Counted from the first letter of the stretch, positions 9,565-22,597 are shown. The stretch is 40,887 nucleotides of DNA from Clostridia bacterium (GCA_017434295.1 JAFRFO010000097.1:1-40887), one strand, 5' to 3'. Notes: a model not told the origin generated them from the sequence alone. Translations and numbers: made by a program.

Positions 9565-12500
9565 ATGGCAATAAAAGAACTTGCGTTGATTACTGAAAAG
9601 AATAGACGCAAGAAGAAAAAAGAAGAAACACCAACAATATCAAAACCAACAAAAGAAGTTGTTAAAAATAAAAAAGGTACAACTCATATAAATAGAAGTA
9701 CAATAAGTACAAAACCAACAGTTGAAAAAAGTACTCAAAACCGTGTTTTAACAAATAAAGAACGTTTAACCAGTAAACCTACTATAAACAATGCAAACAG
9801 TAGTATAAAGACAGTAAAAAGTACTGTAAAAGCAAAATCAAAACCAAGGTATGAAACTAAAACGTTTGATATTTATGAACGTGGTGGCAGATACTACTAT
9901 CAAGATGGTAAAAAAGAAAAAGAGATTGACCAAAATTTTGTACAAGATGCTATAAAAAATAAAAGAAAAGGAGTTATAGGTAGTTATGACTCAAAGGGCA
10001 ATTTAAGAACTGCTAATGAAAAAGGAAATGTAAAAGCAAAAGAGAAAAACATATTAAAAAAAGCAGAACGTGTAGCAAAAGGTGCATGGGTAGGAACTCA
10101 AAAAGGATTTGCAAGTATAGCAGATGCAGCTATGCAAGAAACACGCAATGACTTGCAAAAAGGTGAAAAAATAGATAACTACAAAGATTTAACTAAAAAT
10201 GAAATAAAAGCATTAGCACACTCATTAAATCCTTTTGCAAGTAGACAAGCAGCAAGTAAAGAAGCACAAAAAAACATCAAAAAAATATGGAAAGATGAAA
10301 ACAAAAACATACTTCAAAAAATAACTGGAACAGGGCTTGAAGCTGTACAAGCAGGAACTATGGGTGATATTTATGGTTTAAAAGAATCTGTAAGAGGTTT
10401 AGGTGCAGTAGACCATAAAGCAGATGAAAAAGTCGAAAAAATACAAAAAAAGATAGATGAACCAATTAACAAAAGAATAGAGAAGCTAGAAAAAGAAGGC
10501 GAAAGATACGATAAATTAACAAACACTTTAACTAAATGGAATCAAATTGTAGGTAACATGGCTCCCGGTATAGCTGCAAGTGCAGTAACAAAAAATCCAA
10601 ACCTTGCTATAGCAACAATGGCATTAGGTGCTAAAGGACAAGCAACAGAAAGAGCATTAGCACAAGGTGCTGATTTAGATACAGCAACAAAGATGGGAAC
10701 TGCTGGAGCTTGGATAGAAGCAGGAACTGAAAAAATTACTGGAGGTGCAAAAATCTTTGGTGGTGGAGCTATAGATGATATTTTCGGAAACCTAATCAAT
10801 TCTAAAGTTAAAAATAAAGGATTAAACTTCATTGCTAAACAAGGATATGGACTACTTGGAGAAACTTTTGAAGAAGTGCTTTCTGATTTAGCAGGAGTTA
10901 TGATAGACAAAGGTACAATAAATCCTAAAGCAAAATATACTTTAGATGATTTCTTAGAAACTGCAAAAGACACTTTTGGTTCTACGTTCATACTTAATTT
11001 ATTAACAGGTGGTTATGGTGGTAAAGCATATAACAACAATATTCAAGAAATGCAAAACTATGAAAACCAAATAAATGAAATAGAACAACAAAGACAGGCA
11101 GGTCAAATAGAACCTAAAGAAGCAAATGAACTTTTAGAAGAAGTAAAAGACGGTACATACCAACAAAACCGTAATTTAGAACAAATTGCTTCAGAACAAT
11201 CTCAAGCAATAGAACAAGCTCTACAAAACGGACAAATAAGTCAAGCGGATGCAAATCAAGAGTATGAAGCATTAAATAACACATTAGTAAGTGAAAGAGA
11301 AAGAATAAACCAAAATCAAGTCGAAACACAGGCACAAAGCAACGAAACAGCACAAGGTAATGCAATTACACAAGAAACTCAAAATGAAGCTCAAAACGAG
11401 CAAAATAAAGGTACTCAAGAGAGTACTTTTAATAATGAGCAAAAACAAAAACAATTCGATATTATTCAAAATAACAATCCTATGCAAAATGATGTTAATA
11501 CAGGCATAAGAAATGTAGAGGATATAAAAACACTTGAAGAAACATTACAAGATAGTGATTGGGCTGAATATGATGAATTTAATCCTGATTTAACTAAAAA
11601 AGATATACAAGATGCTATAGAAAAAGGAACTATAACAGTATATAGTTCTTATCCAATAGAACAAGGTATCTTTGTATCACCTTCTAAGATGGAAGCAGAA
11701 AGTTATTCGGGAGATGGAAAAATATATTCTAAAGAAGTTCCAATTCAAGATATAGCTTGGATAGATCCTACACAAGGGCAATATGCTAAAGTTGACAACA
11801 TACCAGCAAAAACATCTGAAAATGTAATATCAGAACAAACTAAACCAACTGAGAACGTACAACAAACTGAAACACAAGAAGTTCAAAATGAACCTACTCA
11901 AGAAGAAACACAACAAGAATCAAAAGGCCCTGAAATTCTTGATAAGATGCCAAAAGAAAAAAATCCTACAATTAAATCAGTAAAGAAAGCAATAGATAGT
12001 TTCAGAAAAGAAATAACAGACATGTTTGCTCCTATATATGATTTAGCATACAAAAAGACAGGAAACAAAAATTTATATTATACAGCAGATAGAATATTAA
12101 GTTCAGATGGAAGAGCTCAAGTGGATTTGGGAACTAATCAGGTAGATTTAAACGGAAAACCATATACAAACTTTACTGATGAACAAGGTAATAAAGTTGC
12201 TATGGGATTTGAAACTGCTTATGATTTATATGGCAAAATACCTGATAAAGCGAAAAATGAGTTTTTAGTAAATCAACTTAACATGGATAGATTAAATCAA
12301 GGCGTAGAACAATTTGAAGGAATCACTTATCAAGATTCACAAAACACAATAAATGAATTAAAACAACAATATCCTGATATTGAAAAGTGGTCTGAAAATA
12401 TTTATCAATACTATAGAAACTTACAACAAAAAATGGTTGATAATGGAAGAATACCTCAAGAACTTGCAGATGAGTGGCAAAAGACAACACCACATTATGT

Positions 12501-14940
12501 ACATATTCAAAGACAAGTTAATAACCAAGGTAATACAGGAGTAAGTGTTAAAAACGGAAAAGTTGATTCTGATAATTTAATAAGAAAAGTTAAAGGTGGA
12601 GATTATGCAATTCTACCAATTAAAGATACAACAGCAAAATTCACTCAAAACGCATCAAGAGCATTTGCCTTTAATGATTTCGGTAAAGAATATGCAAGAA
12701 CTATAGGAACAGATGCTAGAGGAGAAAATGTTGATAACAATACAAATATAGATGAAATTTTTGGATTTGAACCTGAATTTGTAAATACAGATGGCAAAGG
12801 CACTTATACATTGAAAATATATGAAAATGGTATGCCTGTAGAAATACCTATAAGTGAAGATGTTTACAATGCTTTAAGTCCAAAAACTATTCCAAGAGTA
12901 GGAGTTTTAGCAGAAGCAACAAATCTATATAAGGACTTACTAACTAACAAAAACCCATTCTTTGGATTTTTAAGAAACCCTATAAAAGATGCTGGGGATA
13001 TGTTCTTATATTCTAAACACCCATTACGTAAATCTTTAGCAACTTATGGTAAATTGTTTACAGGAAGAACAGCATTAAAAGATAGAGTTATGACAAAAGA
13101 TGGAGTAACAGCACAAGATATAGTTGATTTATATCATAATACAGGAAACGCAGTTCACTCTATCTATAAAAACGGACAATTTGAAAGTAATAAAGGTAAT
13201 ATTAGAAAAGGCATGGATAAAGCGTTATCACCCATTGAAAAAGGTAATGACTTTATGGAATCAATGCCTAGAATTACTGAATTTTGGAATACTATTCAAG
13301 CAGAAGGATACACAATAAAAGACGGTGAATTAGTAGCACAAAAAGGTAAAACACCTAAGAAAACACCATCACAAGTAATAGCAGAAGCAAGTTATAATGC
13401 AGCCGATGTAACTGTAAACTTCAAACGTGGTGGTAGAACTTCAAAAGCAATAAGTCAAAATGGTGGAATATTCTTCAATCCATCAGTACAAGGTGCTTCT
13501 AAATTTGTAAGAAACGTAACTGAAGCATATAGTGATGCAAAGTCAGGAGATTTAACAGCAGCTAAGAGATTAGTATTAAGAGCAGCAGGATTAGGAGTTG
13601 CTCCAGCATTATTAAGTGCAGCTATGTATGGAGATGACGATGACTACAAAGATATACAAGATTATCAAAAAGACCAATACTACTTAATAAAAGCAGGAGA
13701 TGGCAAATGGATAAGAATACCGAAAGGACGTGCTATCAGTTTGTTTGAATCTGCAACAAGACGTGGTATAGATAAGGCACAAGGTGGAAAATTTGGTGCT
13801 AAAGATTACGGACAATTAGTATTAAATCAAATTGCTCCAAATAACCCATTAGATAATAACATTTTATCTCCAATAACATCAGCAATAACTAATAAATCAT
13901 GGAGTGGAAATAAAATTGTTAGTGATTCTATGGCAAAAAGACCAGTAGAAGAGCAATTTAATGAGAAAACTGATGAACTTAGTAAAAAACTAGGAAAACA
14001 ATTAGGTATTTCACCTATGAAAATCAACTATGTAATAGACCAATATTCAGGAGTATTAGGAGATTTGATATTACCACAAATAACACCAAGGTCATCTAAC
14101 GGTTCTAGTAATCCAGTAATAAACATATTAAAAGACAACTATTCGTTTGATGCTGCTAATAGTAATAAGAGTGTAGGAAACTTTTATGAAACTAAAAACA
14201 AATTACAAACAAAGGCAAGAGGAACTAATGCAACTGATAAAGATAAGTTACAAAGCAAATATTTAGGAACAAAGGCACAAGACATGTATGCTTTATATAC
14301 TAAAAAACAAGAAATTCAAATGGATAAAAACTTATCTAAAAAAGAAAAATATGAACAAGCGTTAGAAGTTCAAAAAGAAATTAATAAAATGGCAAAGAAA
14401 GCTACTGAAAATGCAAAAGACATAAAAATAGGTAAAAACACAGCAACAGTAGGAAATGCTCTTTATTATAAAGGTACTGACGGAGATTGGCATAAAGAAA
14501 GTGAAAAGACAACCGAAAAAAGAAAGGAATTAGGTTTATCTCCTGAAAAGTATTATTACTACAAAAATGAAGAATCATTTACAACACCTGATGGATATAC
14601 AAAATCAATAGTAGGTGGTAAAAATGCTAAAAGAAATGTGGCTATAGTAGATGCTTTTAACTTTGATACTAGCGACTATTTAGAATATACATATAAACTA
14701 AGTCAAATAAAAGGTAAAAAGAACTCTAAAGGTTATACAATTAGGGGAACTAGACAACCAAAAGTTTTAAAATACATAAATAGTTTACCTATTTCAGCAG
14801 CACAAAAAGCATATTTATATAAAACACAATATAGTTCATATAAAGGTTATGATGGTCAATTTGTAAATACAATCGAAAAATCAAATTTAAGTAGTAAAGA
14901 AAAACAAGAAATATATTCTTACTTAAAGTTAGGAAGGTGA
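9565..14940 (+). CDS. Large internal virion / DNA-ejection polyvalent protein with an LPD38-like C-terminal region
   Basis: 1791 aa; Gly/Ala-rich membrane-interacting segment; VTVNFKRGG and YQKDQYYLI...WIRIPKGR...NKSWSG motifs typical of LPD38-containing proteins. Confidence 0.7.
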   Translation: MAIKELALITEKNRRKKKKEETPTISKPTKEVVKNKKGTTHINRSTISTKPTVEKSTQNRVLTNKERLTSKPTINNANSSIKTVKSTVKAKSKPRYETKTFDIYERGGRYYYQDGKKEKEIDQNFVQDAIKNKRKGVIGSYDSKGNLRTANEKGNVKAKEKNILKKAERVAKGAWVGTQKGFASIADAAMQETRNDLQKGEKIDNYKDLTKNEIKALAHSLNPFASRQAASKEAQKNIKKIWKDENKNILQKITGTGLEAVQAGTMGDIYGLKESVRGLGAVDHKADEKVEKIQKKIDEPINKRIEKLEKEGERYDKLTNTLTKWNQIVGNMAPGIAASAVTKNPNLAIATMALGAKGQATERALAQGADLDTATKMGTAGAWIEAGTEKITGGAKIFGGGAIDDIFGNLINSKVKNKGLNFIAKQGYGLLGETFEEVLSDLAGVMIDKGTINPKAKYTLDDFLETAKDTFGSTFILNLLTGGYGGKAYNNNIQEMQNYENQINEIEQQRQAGQIEPKEANELLEEVKDGTYQQNRNLEQIASEQSQAIEQALQNGQISQADANQEYEALNNTLVSERERINQNQVETQAQSNETAQGNAITQETQNEAQNEQNKGTQESTFNNEQKQKQFDIIQNNNPMQNDVNTGIRNVEDIKTLEETLQDSDWAEYDEFNPDLTKKDIQDAIEKGTITVYSSYPIEQGIFVSPSKMEAESYSGDGKIYSKEVPIQDIAWIDPTQGQYAKVDNIPAKTSENVISEQTKPTENVQQTETQEVQNEPTQEETQQESKGPEILDKMPKEKNPTIKSVKKAIDSFRKEITDMFAPIYDLAYKKTGNKNLYYTADRILSSDGRAQVDLGTNQVDLNGKPYTNFTDEQGNKVAMGFETAYDLYGKIPDKAKNEFLVNQLNMDRLNQGVEQFEGITYQDSQNTINELKQQYPDIEKWSENIYQYYRNLQQKMVDNGRIPQELADEWQKTTPHYVHIQRQVNNQGNTGVSVKNGKVDSDNLIRKVKGGDYAILPIKDTTAKFTQNASRAFAFNDFGKEYARTIGTDARGENVDNNTNIDEIFGFEPEFVNTDGKGTYTLKIYENGMPVEIPISEDVYNALSPKTIPRVGVLAEATNLYKDLLTNKNPFFGFLRNPIKDAGDMFLYSKHPLRKSLATYGKLFTGRTALKDRVMTKDGVTAQDIVDLYHNTGNAVHSIYKNGQFESNKGNIRKGMDKALSPIEKGNDFMESMPRITEFWNTIQAEGYTIKDGELVAQKGKTPKKTPSQVIAEASYNAADVTVNFKRGGRTSKAISQNGGIFFNPSVQGASKFVRNVTEAYSDAKSGDLTAAKRLVLRAAGLGVAPALLSAAMYGDDDDYKDIQDYQKDQYYLIKAGDGKWIRIPKGRAISLFESATRRGIDKAQGGKFGAKDYGQLVLNQIAPNNPLDNNILSPITSAITNKSWSGNKIVSDSMAKRPVEEQFNEKTDELSKKLGKQLGISPMKINYVIDQYSGVLGDLILPQITPRSSNGSSNPVINILKDNYSFDAANSNKSVGNFYETKNKLQTKARGTNATDKDKLQSKYLGTKAQDMYALYTKKQEIQMDKNLSKKEKYEQALEVQKEINKMAKKATENAKDIKIGKNTATVGNALYYKGTDGDWHKESEKTTEKRKELGLSPEKYYYYKNEESFTTPDGYTKSIVGGKNAKRNVAIVDAFNFDTSDYLEYTYKLSQIKGKKNSKGYTIRGTRQPKVLKYINSLPISAAQKAYLYKTQYSSYKGYDGQFVNTIEKSNLSSKEKQEIYSYLKLGR

Positions 14941-14944
14941 TTAA

Positions 14945-15325
14945 ATGATAAAATTTAATAATCAAACATTAGATGCAGAAATGGTACTAGGTGATACTGG
15001 TACCTTTTCTCTTACACCTAAGTTAGATGGTAATACTTATCTTACTACTGGAGATACAGTATATTTCACAGTTAAGCCAAGAAAAAAGGTAGTAGATCCA
15101 GCAACGGGAAACTTAGTTCCTGCTGAACCTATAACGCCTTTGTCAAAGTCAATAACCGAATTTGAAAATGGAACTGTAACTATACCTATAAATTCTAGCG
15201 ATACATCTAATTTAGATGCAGGAACATATATCTATGATATACAAGTAGTAAGAGGAGATGGCACAGTAGATACACTTACTCCAAATGGACAAGCATATTT
15301 TACTTTGAAAAAAGGGGTGAAGTAG
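14945..15325 (+). CDS. BppU-N-like tail fibre adaptor
   Basis: GDTG...VYFTVK...DTSNLDAGTYIYDIQV pattern. Confidence 0.7.
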   Translation: MIKFNNQTLDAEMVLGDTGTFSLTPKLDGNTYLTTGDTVYFTVKPRKKVVDPATGNLVPAEPITPLSKSITEFENGTVTIPINSSDTSNLDAGTYIYDIQVVRGDGTVDTLTPNGQAYFTLKKGVK

Positions 15326-17188
<1,863 letters not shown>

Positions 17189-17198
17189 GAGGTGCTTT

Positions 17199-20156
17199 AT
17201 GAGTAAATTTTTAGATGAAGAAGGTTTAAAATATTATGAAACAACAGTAAAAGCGAGACTTCAAAATAAACAAGATAAATTACAAAGTGGAGAAAACATA
17301 AAAACTATCAACAACGAATCACTACTAGGTAGTGGAAATATAAATATATCAAGTGGTGGCACAGCAACAGATGTAAGAATCAATGGTACATCAATAACTT
17401 CAAACGATGTAGCAGATATTCAAACTCAGGGAACATACAACTCAAGCACAAACAAAATTGCTACAATGAGTGATATACCAACAGTACCTACAGTAGGAAA
17501 TGCCAAAACATATTATGGTACATCAACTACTGGAGCAACAACAGCAGCAAAAACAGTAACTTGTAGTGGATTTACACTTGAAACTGGAGCAACAATATTT
17601 GTTAAATTTACTAATGCTAATACTTACAATGGAACTGCAACTTTAAATGTAAATAGTACAGGAGCAAAAACAATATGTAGTGTAGGAACTACTGAAACAA
17701 CTAGATATTACTGGAAAGCAGGAGAAGTAGTAGGTTTTGTATATGATGGTACAAACTATGTAATGATAGAAAAAGCCCCAGCAACAACAACATATTATGG
17801 AATTACTAAATTAAGTTCATCAACAACAAGTACATCTGAAGCACTAGCAGCCACACCAAAAGCAGTAAAAACTGCTTATGACCTAGCAGATAGTAAACAA
17901 GATGAAATAACATCTACAAATAAGTTAGATTATTCATTGATAGATAATACGCCTACAATTCCTACCAAAGTATCAGACCTTACTAATGATACAGGATTTA
18001 TAACAAACACAGTAAATAACTTAACAAATTACTATACTACTTCAAACACTTATACAAAGAGCGAAGTAGATACATTAATAGGTGCTATAAGTACATTAAA
18101 TATACAAGTAGTTCAATCGTTGCCTTCAACAGGTTCAACAACAACTATTTACTTAGTACCAAAAACAGCATCTACAAACGATGCTTATGATGAGTATATT
18201 TATGTCAATAATAGTTGGGAACATATAGGTTCAACTGAAGTAGACTTATCTAACTATTACAATAAATCTCAAGTAGATACACTATTAAATGATAAAGCAG
18301 ACACAAGCGATATACCTACTAAAGTATCAGACTTACAAAATGACTCAGGATATATCAGTTCTTATACTGAAACTGACCCTACAGTACCTAGTTATGTTAA
18401 GTCTATCACTCAAGCAAATATAACAAGTTGGAATAATAAATCAGACTTCTCAGGAAGTTATAACGACCTAACAAACAAACCAACTATTCCTGACTCTACT
18501 TCAGACTTAACAAACGATTCAGGATTTATAGATAATACCGTAAGTAACTTAACAAACTATACAACAACAACAGCATTACAAACGTTATTAGATGGAAAAA
18601 TGGATTGGACTGAGTTATCTAGTTCAACAGTTAGAATTTGGGATTTAGAACCTGGTGCATATAAGACTACAACTGCTGCTACATTATATTACAACGGTGC
18701 TTCAGGAAGTGGTTCTGAAAGAATCGGAAATGGTGCTTTGATATTTGTGTCCGAATCAGGAACAACAACAAAAGCATTCTATGTTTTAGCATCATATAGA
18801 GATGCAACAACACAAGTTTTATATTTCAATAATTATGTGGGATATACAAGTTCAACAGAAGGTTATTGTTATGAAAATCTACATACAGGAGATGTGGTTG
18901 ATAACTTAACTTCAACATTAGCATCTTCACCATTAAGTGCAAAACAAGGTAAAGCATTAAAAGATTTAATAGATGGACTTGCAACAGTTGCTTCTACAGG
19001 AGATTATGATGACTTAACTAATAAACCTACTATACCAACAGTACCAACAACAGTAAGTTCTTTCACAAATGATGCAGGTTATATAACAAGTTCTGCATTA
19101 AGTGGTTATGCAACAACAAGTGCTTTAGATGATGTTCAAGACCAAGTAGATGCAAATAGTGCGAATATAATATCAAACTCCAATAAAATTGGAACACTTG
19201 CTAACTTAACAACAACAGATAAAACAGACTTGGTAAGTGCTATAAACGAGGTAAATGGACCAATTATTGATATAGATGATGTTTTAGCAATAACAAGTCC
19301 ATCAGACACATTATTTGTTCAATTAACAGACTTATTAATATTGCAGCAACCATTTTATATAGATGATGGTAATGGGGTTAATCATTGTTGTAAAGTAATT
19401 TATGAGCAAGAAGAAGTTGGTACTTATGGTGAGGAATTAAGTTTTGTCTATGGTGATAATTATGATTTTTATATAGTTACTTTAATAACAGGAAGTGGTA
19501 ATACAGTAGCTGTAACAAAATCACCTTATTCAGTTACAAATGCAAAAATAAATGGTACAAGAGTATCAGATATATTAACAAACACAGCATACAATAGTTC
19601 ATCTAATAAATTAGCAACTATGAGTGATGTCTATGAAAAAATAGTTGATTATACATTTGAATCAGATTTAACAACTGTTTCGTTTGATAATTTGAATATT
19701 TTGCCAGGCGAAAAATACAAATTTAAAATAGTTGGGGCTGCCGTATCAAGTGCAAGTGATGTATATATGAGATTTAATGATGATGAAAGCACACAATATT
19801 TTCAATGTGGAACTTATATAAATGGAACTTTGACGGCAAATGGCAATCTAACGGAATCAAATGTATATAGGCAAGGTGAAACTGCATTTAGAATTGGAAA
19901 CTCATTAAGAACTCAATTAACAACGATAGAAGGTACTATTGAATTAAGATATAACATAACTAATAGTAGAAATTGTCCTTTCTTTACATGGCATGGTGAG
20001 TGTTTATGGAACGGACAACAATATGTTTCAGATATGGTAGGTATATACGGACAATCAAGTGTTGATTCGATTACAAAATTAACATTTTCTGGTCCAACAT
20101 TTAAAACAGGAACTAAAATTCAATTAATTAAAGTAAAAAATGAATTTACAATATAG
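17199..20156 (+). CDS. Tail fibre 2 / receptor-binding protein
   Basis: AGGAGG RBS before ATG 17199 (better than the 17175 start); shares modules with fibre 1; YGITKLSS...ATPKAVK and LSAKQGKAL fibre motifs. Confidence 0.8.
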   Translation: MSKFLDEEGLKYYETTVKARLQNKQDKLQSGENIKTINNESLLGSGNINISSGGTATDVRINGTSITSNDVADIQTQGTYNSSTNKIATMSDIPTVPTVGNAKTYYGTSTTGATTAAKTVTCSGFTLETGATIFVKFTNANTYNGTATLNVNSTGAKTICSVGTTETTRYYWKAGEVVGFVYDGTNYVMIEKAPATTTYYGITKLSSSTTSTSEALAATPKAVKTAYDLADSKQDEITSTNKLDYSLIDNTPTIPTKVSDLTNDTGFITNTVNNLTNYYTTSNTYTKSEVDTLIGAISTLNIQVVQSLPSTGSTTTIYLVPKTASTNDAYDEYIYVNNSWEHIGSTEVDLSNYYNKSQVDTLLNDKADTSDIPTKVSDLQNDSGYISSYTETDPTVPSYVKSITQANITSWNNKSDFSGSYNDLTNKPTIPDSTSDLTNDSGFIDNTVSNLTNYTTTTALQTLLDGKMDWTELSSSTVRIWDLEPGAYKTTTAATLYYNGASGSGSERIGNGALIFVSESGTTTKAFYVLASYRDATTQVLYFNNYVGYTSSTEGYCYENLHTGDVVDNLTSTLASSPLSAKQGKALKDLIDGLATVASTGDYDDLTNKPTIPTVPTTVSSFTNDAGYITSSALSGYATTSALDDVQDQVDANSANIISNSNKIGTLANLTTTDKTDLVSAINEVNGPIIDIDDVLAITSPSDTLFVQLTDLLILQQPFYIDDGNGVNHCCKVIYEQEEVGTYGEELSFVYGDNYDFYIVTLITGSGNTVAVTKSPYSVTNAKINGTRVSDILTNTAYNSSSNKLATMSDVYEKIVDYTFESDLTTVSFDNLNILPGEKYKFKIVGAAVSSASDVYMRFNDDESTQYFQCGTYINGTLTANGNLTESNVYRQGETAFRIGNSLRTQLTTIEGTIELRYNITNSRNCPFFTWHGECLWNGQQYVSDMVGIYGQSSVDSITKLTFSGPTFKTGTKIQLIKVKNEFTI

Positions 20157-20170
20157 AAGGAGGCGATAAC

Positions 20171-20416
20171 ATGAATGAAATAATAGTAGCAGTAATATCA
20201 GGGCTATGTGTTGCAATACCTTCTATCTATACAACTTTAAAATCAAGCAAGGCAAATAACGAATTGTTTGAATATAAAATTGGAGAATTAAAAGAAGATG
20301 TGAAAATACTAAGCGATAAAGTACAAGCACATAATAACTTTGGTATAAGACTAACAAAAGTAGAAGAACATTTAAGTACATTAAAAGAAGAAATAAATGA
20401 TTTGAAAAGGAAGTGA
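20171..20416 (+). CDS. Holin-associated membrane protein (one TM helix plus coiled coil)
   Basis: N-terminal TM helix, KVQAHNNF coiled coil; first gene of the lysis module. Confidence 0.6.
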   Translation: MNEIIVAVISGLCVAIPSIYTTLKSSKANNELFEYKIGELKEDVKILSDKVQAHNNFGIRLTKVEEHLSTLKEEINDLKRK

Positions 20417-20420
20417 TTCA

Positions 20421-20597
20421 ATGAAAGAAAAACTTGCTAAATTGATTGATTTGAAGTCAATCGTAACATTATGTTTAACTGGACTGTTAATCTACGGATT
20501 GGTAGCAAATAAATTTGATGCAAATGACGTAATGACTATTATAGTAATGGTCTTTACGTTTTATTTTGCAAAGAAAGATAAGGAGGTAGATCAATGA
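20421..20597 (+). CDS. Holin (58 aa, two TM helices; absent from the ORF track)
   Basis: MKEKLAKLIDLKSIVTLCLTGLLIYGLVANKFDANDVMTIIVMVFTFYFAKKDKEVDQ; upstream of the endolysin. Confidence 0.75.
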   Translation: MKEKLAKLIDLKSIVTLCLTGLLIYGLVANKFDANDVMTIIVMVFTFYFAKKDKEVDQ

Positions 20598-20692
20598 CAA
20601 CCTTAACTGAAAAACAACTTAAAAAAGAGCAAAAAAAAGAAGAAACAGAAATAATGGAAGGCATCAACGAAGATGGAAAGGGTGAAGAATAA
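20594..20692 (+). CDS. 32-aa charged peptide coupled to the endolysin
   Basis: AGGAGG RBS; ATGA and TAATG overlaps on both sides; MTTLTEKQLKKEQKKEETEIMEGINEDGKGEE. Confidence 0.6.
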   Translation: MTTLTEKQLKKEQKKEETEIMEGINEDGKGEE

Positions 20693-21570
20693 TGGGATAT
20701 TCTAAATTATGTTGTAAAAGAATACCTGCTTACACAGGTAATTACACAAAAGGAAGAAATACCAAAATTAAAAAAATAACTATCCATCACGTATCAGGAG
20801 TAGTTAGTGTAGAATCACTAGGTGCTATATGGAAAAGAGTAGGAAGAAAAGGTTCTTCTCACTATGGAATAGGAAATGACGGAAGAATAGCAAACTATGT
20901 AGATGAAAACGATACTGCTTGGACAGATTCAAATTGGAACTCTAATTGCCAATCAGTAACTATTGAAACATCAAACTCTAAAATGGGTGGTAAATGGCCT
21001 GTATCTGATGCAGCATTAAAGAGTTTAATAAGACTATGTGCAGATATTGCTAAAAGAAATAAACTAGGTAAGCTAGTAAAAGGTAAAAACCTAACTTGGC
21101 ATAAGATGTATGCAAACACAGACTGTCCTGGGCCTTATCTATTAAGTAAAATGGATTATATAGTTAAAGAAGCAAACAAAATACTTGATGGAGAAAGTAA
21201 GGAAAAAGTAGACCAAATCTTACATAAAGGTTCAAAAGTTAAATTCAATGGAGTGTTCAGAGTAAATGAATTAAAAGGAATAAGCAAAAAATATAAAAAT
21301 GGAGCAATAGGTTGCTATGCAACTTGCTATGGAAAACCAGTAGGAGAAAACGATTGGATTCCTTGTGGTCCGACTGCTAAATGTGATAAAAAAGGTAAAA
21401 ATATCAATAACAACGCAATATTGAAAAAAGGAGATTATTGGTGTTGCACGAAAACCTTTACAGTTAAAAGTATTGAAGCACCATCTAAGTACACTAAAAA
21501 TGGAGTTGCAGTATTGGAGGCAGATGGAGTAAAATTTAGAGTAGATTGTAGTGTTTTAAAAGAAGTTTAG
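20692..21570 (+). CDS. Endolysin, N-acetylmuramoyl-L-alanine amidase (Amidase_2 type)
   Basis: ITIHH, SSHYGIG, AW...SVTIE, WH...TDCPG zinc-amidase motifs; Cys-rich C-terminal domain. Confidence 0.9.
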   Translation: MGYSKLCCKRIPAYTGNYTKGRNTKIKKITIHHVSGVVSVESLGAIWKRVGRKGSSHYGIGNDGRIANYVDENDTAWTDSNWNSNCQSVTIETSNSKMGGKWPVSDAALKSLIRLCADIAKRNKLGKLVKGKNLTWHKMYANTDCPGPYLLSKMDYIVKEANKILDGESKEKVDQILHKGSKVKFNGVFRVNELKGISKKYKNGAIGCYATCYGKPVGENDWIPCGPTAKCDKKGKNINNNAILKKGDYWCCTKTFTVKSIEAPSKYTKNGVAVLEADGVKFRVDCSVLKEV

Positions 21571-21580
21571 GAGTGATTAT

Positions 21581-22597
21581 ATGAAAATAGGAATTGATAA
21601 AGATAGTATCGATTGCCCTAAAAAAAATGAAAATGAATATATCTATATATTTGATGACGAACCTCTAAAAGATTTATTAGAAACAAATTTGCATTGTATT
21701 CATTATAAACATTGTGAATATGTAGATATAAACTTAACTAAATATAAAATAAATTGTATGAAACAAACTACATTAGAAAACAAAGATTATGACAAATTGC
21801 CAGAAAAGAAAGATTTCAAAATAGGAATAATAATACCAAACTATAATTATGAAAACACATTAGAAAAATGTTTCAATAGTGTTTTTAGTCAAACATATAA
21901 AAATTTTGAAATTGTGTTTGTAGATGATGTTTCAACAGATGATTCTGTGAAAGTTGCAAAAAAATATTTAAAACCACCTCACAAAATAGTAGAGCTAAAA
22001 CAAAAGCGATATAATGGTGGTGCAAGAAATGAAGCATACTTACATTTATCTGATGATGTTGACTATATTTTTTGTTTAGATAGTGATGATTGGTTTATAG
22101 ATGAATATTGTTTAGAAGATATAAATAATAGACTGCAAACAGAACCAGATGTTCTTTTTACAGGTTTAGCTAAATATGAAAAAGGTAAAACAACAACTGA
22201 GTTTGTACCAGAGTATAATAATAAATATGATGCTTTAAAGGGGTGGAGTGGTTGTGGCAAAGTTATAAAAAAAGAACTAGCGACACAACAAAAATGCCTA
22301 TATAAAGAAGGTACACTTAAAGAGGATAGAAACCAACATTGTAGAATTTGTATTTATATGAATAGTTTTGAAGTGTTAAAGAAACCTATATATGTATGGA
22401 ATAGAGAAAATAATAAATCTGTAACAACAAAAAGAAACGATATAATGTGGCAAACATCTACAATAAGGCATCTAGCAGATGTTAAGCAATTATATTTAGA
22501 AGAAAGAGGAAAAGACCCTATGGTTGATTCTTATTTAGAAGAAAGATTAAGGATGTGTAATATAGAAGTTCAAACAGGAGGAAACGCACAATGGTAA
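21581..22597 (+). CDS. Glycosyltransferase family 2
   Basis: IIIPNYN, VDDVSTDDS, GGARN, LDSDD motifs. Confidence 0.9.
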   Translation: MKIGIDKDSIDCPKKNENEYIYIFDDEPLKDLLETNLHCIHYKHCEYVDINLTKYKINCMKQTTLENKDYDKLPEKKDFKIGIIIPNYNYENTLEKCFNSVFSQTYKNFEIVFVDDVSTDDSVKVAKKYLKPPHKIVELKQKRYNGGARNEAYLHLSDDVDYIFCLDSDDWFIDEYCLEDINNRLQTEPDVLFTGLAKYEKGKTTTEFVPEYNNKYDALKGWSGCGKVIKKELATQQKCLYKEGTLKEDRNQHCRICIYMNSFEVLKKPIYVWNRENNKSVTTKRNDIMWQTSTIRHLADVKQLYLEERGKDPMVDSYLEERLRMCNIEVQTGGNAQW

